64,000 nt of DNA, taken from Bacillota bacterium (GTDB taxonomy: Bacteria > Bacillota > Limnochordia > JAAZLZ01). The notes under the pieces were generated by a model. The model saw only the letters and a program-made list of their open reading frames with translations, searched no databases and had not been told where the DNA came from. The stretch lies in NCBI GenBank assembly GCA_012521755.1, contig JAAYLV010000001.1, forward strand, positions 2,014-66,013, in the 5' to 3' direction. Made by a program: the position numbers and the translations under genes. Each line of letters begins with the position of its first letter. Positions within the stretch are counted from its first letter, which is position 1. Positions 1 through 9,509 of the stretch are shown in pieces.

Positions 1-2
1 AC

Positions 3-140
3 ATCGTCCTCATCCAAGCCAAGCGGGATGAATTGGCCTATGCCCTCGGACTTGCGGGCATCATCTTGGCCCTGTTATGGCTGTTTCCCTGGGTGTCTCA
101 GCTCCTGGAGCGGGTGGAATCCACCTTTCGCCTCTGGTGA
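3..140 (+). CDS. spoIIIAC: Stage III sporulation protein AC, C-terminal fragment (5' truncated by window edge)
   Basis: Frame 3 translates to ...LIQAKRDELAYALGLAGIILALLWLFPWVSQLLERVESTFRLW*. Small hydrophobic protein immediately upstream of spoIIIAD-AH; position and size fit SpoIIIAC. Confidence 0.55.
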   Translation: MVLIQAKRDELAYALGLAGIILALLWLFPWVSQLLERVESTFRLW

Positions 141-154
141 GGGGGTAACACGCT

Positions 155-544
155 GTGTCGGATATTGCCCGCATCGTAGGGCTGGGGATCATCATCACGG
201 TCTTGCTCGCCCACTTGCGCAAACGATATCCTGAATTGGCGCCGGAGCTCAGTCTCGCCTTCGTGGTGGGCGTATTTCTCATCCTCATGGGTCCGCTGGG
301 CCGGGTTCTCCAAGTCTTCTCGGAGCTAGGCCAACGGGCCGACCTAAGCGGGTTCTACTTGGGCGTAATCCTGCGCAGCATTGGCATTGCCTACTTGACT
401 GCCCTGGGAGCCCAAGTCAGCAAAGATGCGGGTGAGGAAGCGGTGGCCTTGGTCATTGAAATAGCGGGGAAGATCATGATTCTCATGATTTCCATCCCGG
501 TGGTTGTTGCCATCTTAGATTCCTTGGTTGGTCTGCTGCCGTAG
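155..544 (+). CDS. spoIIIAD: Stage III sporulation protein AD (small polytopic membrane protein)
   Basis: GTG start with GGGGG RBS. 129 aa, hydrophobic throughout, typical SpoIIIAD length and operon position. Confidence 0.8.
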   Translation: MSDIARIVGLGIIITVLLAHLRKRYPELAPELSLAFVVGVFLILMGPLGRVLQVFSELGQRADLSGFYLGVILRSIGIAYLTALGAQVSKDAGEEAVALVIEIAGKIMILMISIPVVVAILDSLVGLLP

Positions 545-555
545 GGGGAGATGGG

Positions 556-1713
556 GTGTTTTGCCGACTGACGATTTGGTTGAGCATAGGGATGGTCTTA
601 CTACTGCCTTTGGCGACGAAAGCCCAGGAGGACCCCTTGAGCATCGTCATTGAAGAGCAGCTGTCCCAACTAGACCTTGCCGGGATCAGGGCCTTGTTGG
701 CCGACTTGGATCCACAGGTCCGGGAACTATTGCCGCCCTTCGATGTCCGGAGCATTATCCGGGGAGAAGGCTTCGCCGACTTAGGGGAGATCATATTGGC
801 CATGCTCCGCTACTTGTGGGGAGAGGTTTTTTTGCAAACGCGGCTGATGGGGCAACTGATAGTCCTCGTTGTCCTTTGCTCCCTGCTGCAGAATCTCCAG
901 CGGGGTCTTCCCGCTGGAGCTAGTGAGCTTGCCTTTGCCGTCTGCATGGCTGTGCTGACGGTGCTGGCATTGCACAGCTTCCACAGTGCCGCCCAAGTGG
1001 GCAGCCGGACGATTGACGCGATGGTATCCTTCATGCAGGCCCTACTGCCCACAATGGCTACCTTGCTCGTAGCTGTAGGGGCTGTCAGTTCCGCCGCCAT
1101 TTTCAGTCCCCTCCTTCTTGCCGTGACCACGACCGTCGGCACCTTGATCGAGGGCGTGGTATTCCCATTGATTTTTGTCGCCGCCGTCTTGGGGGTTGCC
1201 GGCAACTTCTCATCGGAGTTTCCCTTGTCGCGCTTAGCGGGCCTCGTGCGGACAGGATGCATTGCCCTCTTGGGCGTTGTCTTTAGCTTGTTTCTCGGGG
1301 TCATGGTTGTTCGGGGGGCTATTGCCCCAGTGGCCGACGGGGCAGCTTTGCGGACCGCTAAGTTCTTAACGGGCACCTTTGTCCCGGTCATCGGGGGCAT
1401 GTTCGCCGACGCGGTGGAGGTGGTCGTCGGTGGTTCTTTATTGATCAAAAACGCCATTGGCGCCTTGGGACTTGCGGCCGTAGCCTTGACTGCCGCTTTC
1501 CCGATGATGAAAATCGCCTCCGCGATCATCCTCTACCGGCTGGTGGCGGCGATGGTGCAGCCCATCAGCGACCCTCGACTGACGCAAGCCCTAGGTTCCA
1601 TGGCTGACTCCTTAGCTTTACTGTTCGTTGCGGTGGGGACTGTCGCCCTCATGTTTTTCGTGGCCATAACCATGATCATTGGCGTGGGCAATTTGGCTGC
1701 CCTTGCGAGGTGA
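556..1713 (+). CDS. spoIIIAE: Stage III sporulation protein AE (signal peptide plus multi-TM)
   Basis: 385 aa, N-terminal signal peptide, soluble domain, then many TM helices. Operon position. Confidence 0.85.
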   Translation: MFCRLTIWLSIGMVLLLPLATKAQEDPLSIVIEEQLSQLDLAGIRALLADLDPQVRELLPPFDVRSIIRGEGFADLGEIILAMLRYLWGEVFLQTRLMGQLIVLVVLCSLLQNLQRGLPAGASELAFAVCMAVLTVLALHSFHSAAQVGSRTIDAMVSFMQALLPTMATLLVAVGAVSSAAIFSPLLLAVTTTVGTLIEGVVFPLIFVAAVLGVAGNFSSEFPLSRLAGLVRTGCIALLGVVFSLFLGVMVVRGAIAPVADGAALRTAKFLTGTFVPVIGGMFADAVEVVVGGSLLIKNAIGALGLAAVALTAAFPMMKIASAIILYRLVAAMVQPISDPRLTQALGSMADSLALLFVAVGTVALMFFVAITMIIGVGNLAALAR

Positions 1714-1719
1714 GCGCCC

Positions 1720-2238
1720 TTGCGACAATGGCTGCAAAACCTGATTATTCTAGTCTTTCTTGTGGTTTTCCTGGAAACGCTGCTGCCCAAGAACAGCATC
1801 CGGGGTTTTGTCCAGCTCCTCATTGGCCTTGTCCTGATTGCCGCAATTCTTGAGCCAATGTTGGCCTTGACGGGACTAAGGATCGACTGGGAGCTGCCTG
1901 CCGGCGCTGGGCAGCGGGGAAGTGTACCCTTAGAAGCAGGCCTGAGCCTGAGGCAAAGGGCCCTTGCCCGGTTGCGGGGAGACTACGTTGCCCGCTTGAA
2001 CGACCAAGCCGCGGCCCTTCTCGCCCTGACCCCTGGGATAGAAGAAGCGGCAGTCCAGGCGGTGCTGTCTGACGGCCGCATCGATAGGGTCATCGTCGAG
2101 CTGCAGCTAATGCCCGGGGAGAGGCAGGAGGCGTGGGATGAGAGAATAACCCCCTTTATCGCCCAATTCTACGGTCTCAGTCAAGGGGCAGTCCATGTCC
2201 AGTACAGGGAGGGTGGGAGCAGTGGGACTTCTCGATAA
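1720..2238 (+). CDS. spoIIIAF: Stage III sporulation protein AF
   Basis: 172 aa, N-terminal TM helices then soluble domain. Operon position after AE. Confidence 0.75.
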   Translation: MRQWLQNLIILVFLVVFLETLLPKNSIRGFVQLLIGLVLIAAILEPMLALTGLRIDWELPAGAGQRGSVPLEAGLSLRQRALARLRGDYVARLNDQAAALLALTPGIEEAAVQAVLSDGRIDRVIVELQLMPGERQEAWDERITPFIAQFYGLSQGAVHVQYREGGSSGTSR

Positions 2239-2845
2239 TAGGCATCGATGGTGGCGGCAAGGACCTGAACAAGGAGATGATGATGGCCTTTTCAACCTCA
2301 ATCCTGCCCAGGCGCGGCGGGCGAAGCTGACGGTGGTCCTTCTCCTGGCGGGCTTAGTTCTCCTGGTGAGTACCGCTCCCGAACGCAAACCCACAGTCGA
2401 GAGTCTGGCCGAGCCGGCGTTGGTGCCAGCTCCCGAAGAAAGCTGGTCCGATTTCCAGACCCGCCTGGAACGGTCCCTGGCTGAGGCCCTTGCTCAGATC
2501 GCCGGGGTGGGGGAGGTAAGGGTCTTGCTGACGGCCGACGGCCCCCGACGGGAGTATCTAGCCAATCAGACAAAGGAGGTGAGGACTACCGTCGATAGTG
2601 ATCGCGCCGGCGTTGAGCGACAAATCACCGAGGAGCGGACAACGATCCAGTATGTTCTTGTCGCCGATGATGCCCGCAAGGGAGAGCAGCCCATCGTTGT
2701 TCAGGAAGGTCGGCCCCCTATTCGCGGAGTACTGATAATCGCCGAAGGGGCCAGGGACCCTCGGGTGAGACTCGATATTTTGCGGGCGGTGGAGACAGTC
2801 CTGGGGGTGCCGGCCCACAGGATCGAAGTCATGCCGAGAAAGTAG
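2195..2845 (+). CDS. spoIIIAG: Stage III sporulation protein AG (start uncertain; true start probably downstream of 2195 near the TM segment)
   Basis: Single N-terminal TM (LTVVLLLAGLVLLV) then a soluble ring-building-motif-like domain. The longest ORF overlaps the spoIIIAF end. Confidence 0.7.
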   Translation: MSSTGRVGAVGLLDNRHRWWRQGPEQGDDDGLFNLNPAQARRAKLTVVLLLAGLVLLVSTAPERKPTVESLAEPALVPAPEESWSDFQTRLERSLAEALAQIAGVGEVRVLLTADGPRREYLANQTKEVRTTVDSDRAGVERQITEERTTIQYVLVADDARKGEQPIVVQEGRPPIRGVLIIAEGARDPRVRLDILRAVETVLGVPAHRIEVMPRK

Positions 2846-3436
2846 GTGAGGGAAGTGTTTTACGTAATCAGTAAGCGTACGAGCCGATTGATCTTGTTGG
2901 CCCTCGTGTTGCTTGTTCTTGGGCTTTGCTACTTATATGTGTTTCCCGAGGCCCAGCCGCAGCAGCAGGACCTGGTTGACGGGCAGTTGATGGAGATTGA
3001 AGAGACTGTGTCGGTAACGGCTCCCCTCCAACGAACGGAGACTACTACCGTTCCCGAAGAGTTGGTGGAAGTTGCCCCTCTGCGAACGGACTTCTTCAAT
3101 GAATATCGCTGGGAAAGGGAGCGTTCCCGCAGCCGACAGTCTGCTTATCTGGAGGAAATCTTGATGGATCCCACCGTTCAACCGGCCCGCCGGGCAGAGA
3201 CGGAGGCACGGCTTTGGCACCTGACCCAATTGAGTCACAAGGAGACGGAGTTGGAAAACCTAATCAAGGCCAAGGGACACCGGGATGTGGTTGTGGTATT
3301 GACCGCGGATAGTGCCAACGTAGTCGTGGATGGTCAGGTGGATGCGGCGCAAGCGGCCCAAATTGGCGAGGTGGTCAACCGTTTGGCTGGGGTGACCATG
3401 GAAAGGATCACCATCATTGACGGAGTCGAGCAGTGA
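2846..3436 (+). CDS. spoIIIAH: Stage III sporulation protein AH
   Basis: 196 aa, N-terminal TM, Glu/Gln-rich linker, C-terminal domain. Last gene of the spoIIIA operon. Confidence 0.75.
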   Translation: MREVFYVISKRTSRLILLALVLLVLGLCYLYVFPEAQPQQQDLVDGQLMEIEETVSVTAPLQRTETTTVPEELVEVAPLRTDFFNEYRWERERSRSRQSAYLEEILMDPTVQPARRAETEARLWHLTQLSHKETELENLIKAKGHRDVVVVLTADSANVVVDGQVDAAQAAQIGEVVNRLAGVTMERITIIDGVEQ

Positions 3437-3502
3437 CTTTTCCCGCGGAAGGAGGATTTTGGTCTAGCGAGAAGAAAGAAACACCCATGGCTCAACTGTC
3501 CG

Positions 3503-3540
3503 GCCCCGGGGATTATGCCTCCGGGGCTGGCTTTCCTCAG
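3503..3540 (+). terminator. Hairpin (GCCCCGG / 11-nt loop / CCGGGGC) after the spoIIIA operon, weak U tract
   Basis: Inverted repeat read directly from the sequence, followed by tggctttcctc. Confidence 0.3.
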
Positions 3541-3594
3541 AATATGGTAAAGATATACTTGTGTGGTTGACCTTGATCCTAAAGGGGGATATGG

Positions 3595-4047
3595 ATGAAT
3601 CTAGATGAGATAAAGGAACTCATACAGGCGCTAAGCGACAGCAATTTGGCCGAGCTCGAACTAGAGACGGACAAGGTGCGGTTATACCTGAAGAAAGCAG
3701 TCGTCTCGACGGCGCAAGAGGGCCAACGACCGGAAGAGACCTTTCCGCGGCTGCCGGTGACCGGCCAGGTGTTGCCGGCTGAGCCATCGGAGGTGCAAGA
3801 AGAGACGGTGATCATCGCTGCACCGATGGTCGGCGTCTTTTACAGGGCGCCGGCGCCCGACGCTCCTCCCTATGTGGAAGTCGGCGACAGGATCGCCGAG
3901 GGGCAGCCCCTATGCATCATCGAGGCCATGAAGATGATGAATGAGATTGAGGCTGATGTTGCCGGGATCATCAAGGAGATCCTGGTGGAAAACGAACAGC
4001 CCGTGGAGTACGGCCAACCTTTGTTTGTCGTTGAGAAACTTGGCTAG
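3595..4047 (+). CDS. accB: Acetyl-CoA carboxylase biotin carboxyl carrier protein
   Basis: 150 aa with the [11 protein letters not shown] biotinylation motif and a C-terminal biotinyl/lipoyl domain. Confidence 0.9.
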   Translation: MNLDEIKELIQALSDSNLAELELETDKVRLYLKKAVVSTAQEGQRPEETFPRLPVTGQVLPAEPSEVQEETVIIAAPMVGVFYRAPAPDAPPYVEVGDRIAEGQPLCIIEAMKMMNEIEADVAGIIKEILVENEQPVEYGQPLFVVEKLG

Positions 4048-4058
4048 GGGGAGAAGAG

Positions 4059-5414
4059 TTGTTTCGCAAGGTGTTGATCGCTAACAGGGGGGAGATCGCC
4101 CTCCGGATTATCCGTGCTTGCCAAGAACTAGACATCAGAACGGTGGCCATCTATTCCGAGGCCGATGCCGATTCCCTTCATGTCGCCTACGCCGACGAGG
4201 CCTACTGTGTAGGCCCGGCCCCATCATCCCAAAGTTACCTCAACATTCCCAACATCATCAGCGCGGCCCTCATCTCAGGGGCCGACGCCATCCATCCTGG
4301 CTATGGGTATCTGGCCGAACGGGCCCATTTTGCCGAAATCTGCCGGGCTAATGGACTGGCCTTCATCGGGCCTTCTCCGGAGACTATTGAGCGGATGGGG
4401 GATAAAGCCGCAGCGAAGAGGGCCATGGAGGAGGCGGGCGTGCCCGTCATCCCTGGAAGTCAGGGCGGTGTGGAAAGCGACCGGGAGGCGGCTGGTATTG
4501 CCCGGGAGATTGGTTATCCGGTTATCGTCAAAGCTGCCGCAGGAGGCGGGGGCAAAGGGATGAGGGTGGCCTATGATGAGAAGGAGCTGCTTCGCGTTCT
4601 AGCCCCGGCGCGGGCCGAGTCGGAGGCCGCCTTTGGCAGCGGCGTTGTGTATCTCGAAAAGTTCGTCACCAAACCACGACATGTTGAAATCCAGATCCTC
4701 GTTGATTCTTATGGAAAGGCCATCCATCTAGGTGAACGGGAGTGTTCATTGCAGCGTCGTCACCAAAAACTCTTGGAGGAAGCTCCTTGTCCCATCATGA
4801 CCGATGAGCTTCGAGAAGCCATGGGAAAAGCTGCCCTGAAAGGGGCCTTGGCGGTCGATTACGTTAATGCGGGAACAGTGGAGTTTCTCCTGGACAGTGA
4901 AGGCCGCTATTATTTCATGGAGATGAATACCCGCATCCAGGTGGAGCATCCGGTGACGGAGATGGTAACAGGGGTTGATCTTGTCCGGGAGCAGCTCCTC
5001 ATTGCCGCCGGCGAGCCTTTGAGCTGCAATCAGGAAGACATTACCATGAAGGGACACGCCATCGAGTGTCGCATTGCCGCTGAAGATCCCTACCGCAATT
5101 TCCTGCCGTCGCCGGGGAGAATTACCACCTATCGTCCGCCGGGAGGGCCAGGGATCCGCGTCGACAGTGCCGCCTACGAGGGGTGGGCTGTGCCTTCGTA
5201 TTACGACTCTATGTTTGCCAAGCTGATCGCGTGGGCACCCACCCGGGACCGAGCCATTGACCGTATGAAAGTAGCTTTGCGGCAGTTTGCCATTGAGGGC
5301 ATTGCCCACACGATTCCGTTCCATCTAGAGATCCTCGACGACCCGTTCTTTCGCCGGGGAGAACTGTCAACGGACTTTATCGAGACCCGCTTTCTGGCCA
5401 AGAATGCTCTCTGA
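4059..5414 (+). CDS. accC: Acetyl-CoA carboxylase biotin carboxylase subunit
   Basis: 451 aa, ATP-grasp biotin carboxylase ([20 protein letters not shown]..., GGGGKGMR). TTG start with a G-rich RBS. Confidence 0.95.
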   Translation: MFRKVLIANRGEIALRIIRACQELDIRTVAIYSEADADSLHVAYADEAYCVGPAPSSQSYLNIPNIISAALISGADAIHPGYGYLAERAHFAEICRANGLAFIGPSPETIERMGDKAAAKRAMEEAGVPVIPGSQGGVESDREAAGIAREIGYPVIVKAAAGGGGKGMRVAYDEKELLRVLAPARAESEAAFGSGVVYLEKFVTKPRHVEIQILVDSYGKAIHLGERECSLQRRHQKLLEEAPCPIMTDELREAMGKAALKGALAVDYVNAGTVEFLLDSEGRYYFMEMNTRIQVEHPVTEMVTGVDLVREQLLIAAGEPLSCNQEDITMKGHAIECRIAAEDPYRNFLPSPGRITTYRPPGGPGIRVDSAAYEGWAVPSYYDSMFAKLIAWAPTRDRAIDRMKVALRQFAIEGIAHTIPFHLEILDDPFFRRGELSTDFIETRFLAKNAL

Positions 5415-5441
5415 TTGTTCTTGGCACCATCCTTTGATATA
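5415..5441 (+). promoter_or_regulatory. Candidate sigma-A-type promoter (TTGTTC-17-TATACT) upstream of asp23
   Basis: Hexamers read from the sequence; spacing is 17 nt. Confidence 0.3.
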
Positions 5442-5476
5442 CTATGGGTGCATCCAGCAAATGGAGGTGGACAGAG

Positions 5477-5863
5477 TTGGCTGATACGAAAGATAAGACG
5501 GAACTGGGCGAGCTGAGAATTGCCAACGAAGTGGTAGGCATCATCGCTGGACTGGCCGCTACCGAGATTGAGGGCGTTGCCGGAATGAGTGGCGGCATCG
5601 CTGGCGGCATCGCCGAGATGCTTGGACGCAAGAACCTTTCCAAGGGGGTCAAAGTGGAAGTGGGGGAGGAGCAGGCCGCAGTAGACCTGTTCATCATCGT
5701 CAACTACGGAGTGCGGATCCCGGATGTGGCCACAAAAATCCAGGAGAATGTAAAGCGGGCCATCGAGGGGATGACGGGACTGCAGGTGGTTGAGGTCAAT
5801 GTCAATATCCAGGGCGTCCACTTCCCCCAGGAAGAAAAGCCCGAGGAGGTTCGGGTTAGGTAA
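5477..5863 (+). CDS. Asp23/Gls24 family alkaline-shock envelope stress protein (TTG start at 5477 with GGAGGTGG RBS; longest ORF begins at 5444)
   Basis: Core ELGELRIANEVVGIIAGLAATEIEGVAGM typical of the Asp23 family; Glu-rich C-terminus. Confidence 0.8.
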   Translation: MADTKDKTELGELRIANEVVGIIAGLAATEIEGVAGMSGGIAGGIAEMLGRKNLSKGVKVEVGEEQAAVDLFIIVNYGVRIPDVATKIQENVKRAIEGMTGLQVVEVNVNIQGVHFPQEEKPEEVRVR

Positions 5864-5884
5864 CCCGCACAGCAAGAGGAGGAG

Positions 5885-6430
5885 ATGTCAGTGCGGGCAT
5901 ATGATCGCGTGATCCTGGTGGCTCTGTCCCTGGTTTCCCTTATTATGTCGCTGCTGGCCTTTGCCTTGGGCTGGGGATGGAATCCGGCCGAGCAAGTGTT
6001 CCACTGGCTGGATTACATCGCCCGGTTTGACGGCACACGGCCGACGATAGCCGGCGTTATTTTGTTGTTGCTCAGCCTTTACATATTGCGACTGGCCCTT
6101 CGTGATTTGGGGACCGCCCCTCCCTTGGCATGGGAGAGTCAGTTAGGTCAAGTTCACATCAGCATGTCTGTTCTGGAAAGCCTCATCCGGCGTTCAGCCC
6201 AAGAAGTGGTTGGCGTGCAGGATGTGGAGGCAAAAGTTCGGGCCCGCGCGGAAGGAGTGGGTATCCTTTTGAGTCTGAAGGTCTTGCCTGATGTGAGCAT
6301 CCCCGCAGTGGTCGAAGCGGTTCAGGCGGGCGTAAAGGAGTATCTGAAACAGACAACGGGACTAGACATAGCGGATGTTCAGGTGAAAGTAAAGAGTCTG
6401 GTCCGGGACAAGAAGCCGAGGGTAGAGTAG
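5885..6430 (+). CDS. AmaP-like alkaline shock response membrane anchor protein
   Basis: 181 aa with two N-terminal TM helices and a soluble tail. Conserved partner directly downstream of asp23. Confidence 0.65.
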   Translation: MSVRAYDRVILVALSLVSLIMSLLAFALGWGWNPAEQVFHWLDYIARFDGTRPTIAGVILLLLSLYILRLALRDLGTAPPLAWESQLGQVHISMSVLESLIRRSAQEVVGVQDVEAKVRARAEGVGILLSLKVLPDVSIPAVVEAVQAGVKEYLKQTTGLDIADVQVKVKSLVRDKKPRVE

Positions 6431-6451
6431 GGGAAGTGAGGTGCTCCGCAG

Positions 6452-6670
6452 ATGGAGGAGCTGTGGGATCAGATACGGAGGGCGGTCCATCGCCATAAAG
6501 GCCGCTTTTGGGGGAGCGTCATCGGGCTGGTCGTGGCGCTGCTCATCCTGCGGTTTGGGTTTTGGCGAGCGCTCTTCATTGGTTTGTGTCTCTTGATAGG
6601 ATACTTTATCGGCAGCCTAGTGGAAAGGGAAGAGCTGCCGGAACTGCTCAGGCGTTTGTGGCCGCGTTGA
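6452..6670 (+). CDS. DUF2273-family small integral membrane protein
   Basis: 72 aa, two TM helices. Third member of the conserved asp23-amaP-DUF2273 triad. Confidence 0.6.
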   Translation: MEELWDQIRRAVHRHKGRFWGSVIGLVVALLILRFGFWRALFIGLCLLIGYFIGSLVEREELPELLRRLWPR

Positions 6671-6686
6671 TGGGGGGGTTCAACTG

Positions 6687-7100
6687 TTGAGTAGAAGGGC
6701 GGGCCGAGAATCGGCTCTGAAGGCGCTTTTTCAGATTGACGTCGGCAAGTGCGATCGGGACCTTAGCCTGGAAAACACCATTGCAGCCGATGGTTTGTCG
6801 CCCGCGGCTGCTTCTTATTGTCGCCAGCTCGTGCAAGGAGTCCTGGAGAACCGGGAGTCTATTGACGAGTTAATCAGTTCTAAGGCTATCGATTGGAAGT
6901 TGGACCGGATGGCAAATGTTGATCGAAACATCCTGCGGATTGCCGTCTTTGAGAGCATGTATGAGCGCCTTGTCCCCGTTGGGGTAGCTATCAACGAGGC
7001 TGTCGAGCTGGCCAAGGTCTACGGGGATGAGGAATCGAGCAAGTTTGTCAACGGGGTCTTGGGTGCCATTGCCCGGTCCCAGGTTGGAGAGAAGCTCTGA
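6687..7100 (+). CDS. nusB: Transcription antitermination factor NusB
   Basis: 137 aa with NusB-family sequence; classical position before xseA. Confidence 0.85.
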   Translation: MSRRAGRESALKALFQIDVGKCDRDLSLENTIAADGLSPAAASYCRQLVQGVLENRESIDELISSKAIDWKLDRMANVDRNILRIAVFESMYERLVPVGVAINEAVELAKVYGDEESSKFVNGVLGAIARSQVGEKL

Positions 7101-8329
7101 TGTGGCCGGCTGAACCAAAGGTTTGGACGGTGGCCGAGGCAACGGGGCGGATTGAAGACGCGATAGCTGCCGATCCGGTCTTGCAAAGCATTTTGATCCG
7201 GGGAGAGATCTCCAACTACAAGCGGCACATCTCGGGCCACACTTATTTCACCCTCAAGGATGCCAAGGCGCGCCTGCGCTGCGTCTTGTTTCGCCGCTAT
7301 GGACAAGCAGTCTCTTTTCCCCTCCGCGATGGACTTGAGGTCGTGGCGGCAGGCAGGATCGGCGTCTACCCGCCTAACGGAGATTATCAGCTGTATGTAG
7401 AGCAGGTCTTCCCGGCGGGAGAGGGACTCCTCCATTTTGCCTTTCAGCAGCTGAAGGAGAAACTGGCCACAGAGGGCTTGTTCGATCCGGAGCGGAAACG
7501 TCCTTTGCCGGCTTTTCCCCATCGTCTCGGAGTGATCACGTCCCTGCAAGGGGCTGCCCTGCGAGACATCGTCACCGTCGCTCGCCGCCGCAATCCCAAG
7601 ATCGATATTATCGTCGCCCCGGCCATCGTCCAAGGCAGTGAAGGTCCAGCTAGCATCATTAAGGCCTTGCAGCTATGCAATCGCTACGGCGAGCTAGACG
7701 TCATTATCCTTGGTAGGGGCGGAGGCTCCCTCGAGGACCTTTGGTCCTTCAACGATGAAGGGGTGGCTAGAGCCGTTTATGCATCCTCCATCCCCGTGAT
7801 CTCTGCCGTCGGTCATGAGACCGATGTGACTATTACGGATTTAGTTGCCGATCACCGGGCGCCTACCCCTTCCGCGGCAGCGGAGCTGGCTGTTCCAGAC
7901 GTTCGCGCCATCACAGGGCAGCTGAACAGTCTGTATGAGCGCCTCTGCCGGATGGCCCAAAGGCGCGTTGACCAAGGGCGAAGGCAGGTAATGAGCCTGG
8001 CGGAGCGAAGCGTCCTCCAACGGCCGGAAGAGAGGTTGAATCGGCTCCGGCTCACCTTAGATGAGAGGGAGCGCTCATTGCTGCTTGCGGTGCGCAACGG
8101 ATACAGGTTGAGCAAAGAGAGACTGACTAGCCTTGCCGGCAGGCTAGAGCTCCTTAGTCCCCTGGGGACTTTGGCCCGGGGCTATAGCATCTGTCAACTG
8201 CCCGACGGGCAGATTCTGCGCCGGGCCCAGGATGCCCGGGTCGGTGCCATGTTGCATATCATCCTTGGGGAAGGAAGGCTGCATGCCGAGGTTCAGCAGA
8301 TTCACCGGGAGGGAAGTGGAGGCTCGTGA
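7100..8329 (+). CDS. xseA: Exodeoxyribonuclease VII large subunit
   Basis: 409 aa, OB-fold N-terminus, catalytic core, coiled-coil C-terminus. ATGA overlap with nusB. Confidence 0.9.
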   Translation: MWPAEPKVWTVAEATGRIEDAIAADPVLQSILIRGEISNYKRHISGHTYFTLKDAKARLRCVLFRRYGQAVSFPLRDGLEVVAAGRIGVYPPNGDYQLYVEQVFPAGEGLLHFAFQQLKEKLATEGLFDPERKRPLPAFPHRLGVITSLQGAALRDIVTVARRRNPKIDIIVAPAIVQGSEGPASIIKALQLCNRYGELDVIILGRGGGSLEDLWSFNDEGVARAVYASSIPVISAVGHETDVTITDLVADHRAPTPSAAAELAVPDVRAITGQLNSLYERLCRMAQRRVDQGRRQVMSLAERSVLQRPEERLNRLRLTLDERERSLLLAVRNGYRLSKERLTSLAGRLELLSPLGTLARGYSICQLPDGQILRRAQDARVGAMLHIILGEGRLHAEVQQIHREGSGGS

Positions 8330-8571
8330 AGGAAATCAACTGGGAAGAAATAGGCTTTGAAGAAGCCTGCGAATTGTTAGAAGAGGTTGTGCGGCTGCTG
8401 GAAAGCGGCGAAACAACCCTGGAAGAATCCCTGGCCTTATTTGAACAAGGAATCAAATTGGTGCGTTTCTGCAACGAGTGTTTGGACAAGGCGGAAGGAA
8501 GAATTAGGGTGCTTGTGGATGAGGGTTTTGGCCCTGAACTTCGGGATCTTGCCCAAGGAGGAGTGGGATGA
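8326..8571 (+). CDS. xseB: Exodeoxyribonuclease VII small subunit
   Basis: 81 aa helical protein; overlaps the xseA stop. Confidence 0.9.
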   Translation: MKEINWEEIGFEEACELLEEVVRLLESGETTLEESLALFEQGIKLVRFCNECLDKAEGRIRVLVDEGFGPELRDLAQGGVG

Positions 8572-9455
8572 AGGTGAAGGATCTTAAGCAGTATTCGCAA
8601 AGCCGGGCGCAGTTGATCGAAAAGGCCCTTGAAGAGTATCTGCCCGGCGATGATGTCGTGCCAGAGATCTTGCACCGTTCCATGCGCTATTCCACTTTGG
8701 GCGGAGGCAAACGTCTGCGGGGCATTCTAGCCCTTGCTGCTGCCGAGATGGCCGGGGGTTCGAGGGATACGGCCCTGCCTTTGGCGGCGGCCTTGGAGAT
8801 GATTCATGCTTTCTCCTTGATCCACGATGATTTGCCCTGCATGGATGATGACGATTGGCGACGGGGCAAGCCTTCGAATCATAAGATGTTCGGCGAAGCC
8901 ATCGCCCTCCTGGCCGGCGATGCCTTGCTGACCAGGGCCTTCTATTTGCTTACTCGCCTTGCCCTGCCCGGCGATGTGGTGGTCAATATCGTTGCCGAGG
9001 TGGCCCAGGCCGTTGGGAGCGAAGGATTGATCGGCGGCCAGGTGGTTGACCTCCAGTCGGAGGGCAAGCAGGTGGATAGGGCTACCTTAGAGTACATTCA
9101 TTGCCATAAGACTGGGGACCTGATTGCTGTCGCTTTGCGAACGGGCGCCATGGTTGGGGGAGCAGGGGAGGAGCTGCTTGCTTCCTTGACGGCCTATGGC
9201 CGGGAGCTTGGCCTTTTGTTTCAGATCACTGACGACATCTTGGATGTGGAAGGCGATGCGGACAAGCTCGGCAAACCAGTTGGCAGCGATGTAAGCCATG
9301 GCAAGGCGACCTATCCGGCACTATTTGGTATGGAAAAGGCGAAAGAGGCTGCTCAGGCCGCAGCTGCCAATGCGTTAGCGGCCGTTGCGGGCTTAGGTGA
9401 GGAGGCGTGGCCCCTGCGCGAGCTTATCGACTATATCTTGCACAGGGACAGATGA
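8568..9455 (+). CDS. ispA: (2E,6E)-farnesyl diphosphate synthase / polyprenyl synthetase
   Basis: First aspartate-rich motif IHDDLPCMDDDDWRRGKP and second motif FQITDDILD. Confidence 0.9.
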   Translation: MKVKDLKQYSQSRAQLIEKALEEYLPGDDVVPEILHRSMRYSTLGGGKRLRGILALAAAEMAGGSRDTALPLAAALEMIHAFSLIHDDLPCMDDDDWRRGKPSNHKMFGEAIALLAGDALLTRAFYLLTRLALPGDVVVNIVAEVAQAVGSEGLIGGQVVDLQSEGKQVDRATLEYIHCHKTGDLIAVALRTGAMVGGAGEELLASLTAYGRELGLLFQITDDILDVEGDADKLGKPVGSDVSHGKATYPALFGMEKAKEAAQAAAANALAAVAGLGEEAWPLRELIDYILHRDR

Positions 9456-9469
9456 GCCGGGAAACGTGG

Positions 9470-9509
9470 TTGCTTGCGGGGTTTGGGGCTGTGTGTTATA
9501 ATACAGCTA
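9470..9509 (+). promoter_or_regulatory. Sigma-A-type promoter (TTGCGG-17-TATAAT) driving the non-coding region downstream of ispA
   Basis: ttgcttgcggggtttggggctgtgtgTTATAATac. Near-identical architecture to the promoter in front of the ileS T-box. Confidence 0.45.

Noticed and set aside
810-1529. 239-aa ORF on the minus strand opposite spoIIIAE (and similar long antisense ORFs at 28673-29587, 30241-30939, 32285-32923, 5201-5875, 7019-7633)
   Set aside because: Shadow ORFs typical of high-GC DNA: Pro/Arg/Ala/Ser-rich low-complexity translations, no RBS, fully embedded in well-supported genes on the other strand.
2195-2238. Apparent 44-nt overlap of spoIIIAF and spoIIIAG; considered programmed frameshift
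   Set aside because: More simply explained by the true spoIIIAG start lying downstream of the longest-ORF start; no slippery heptamer present.
4118-4563. Arg/Pro-rich ORFs in alternative frames inside accC
   Set aside because: Frame artefacts within a strongly supported biotin carboxylase CDS.
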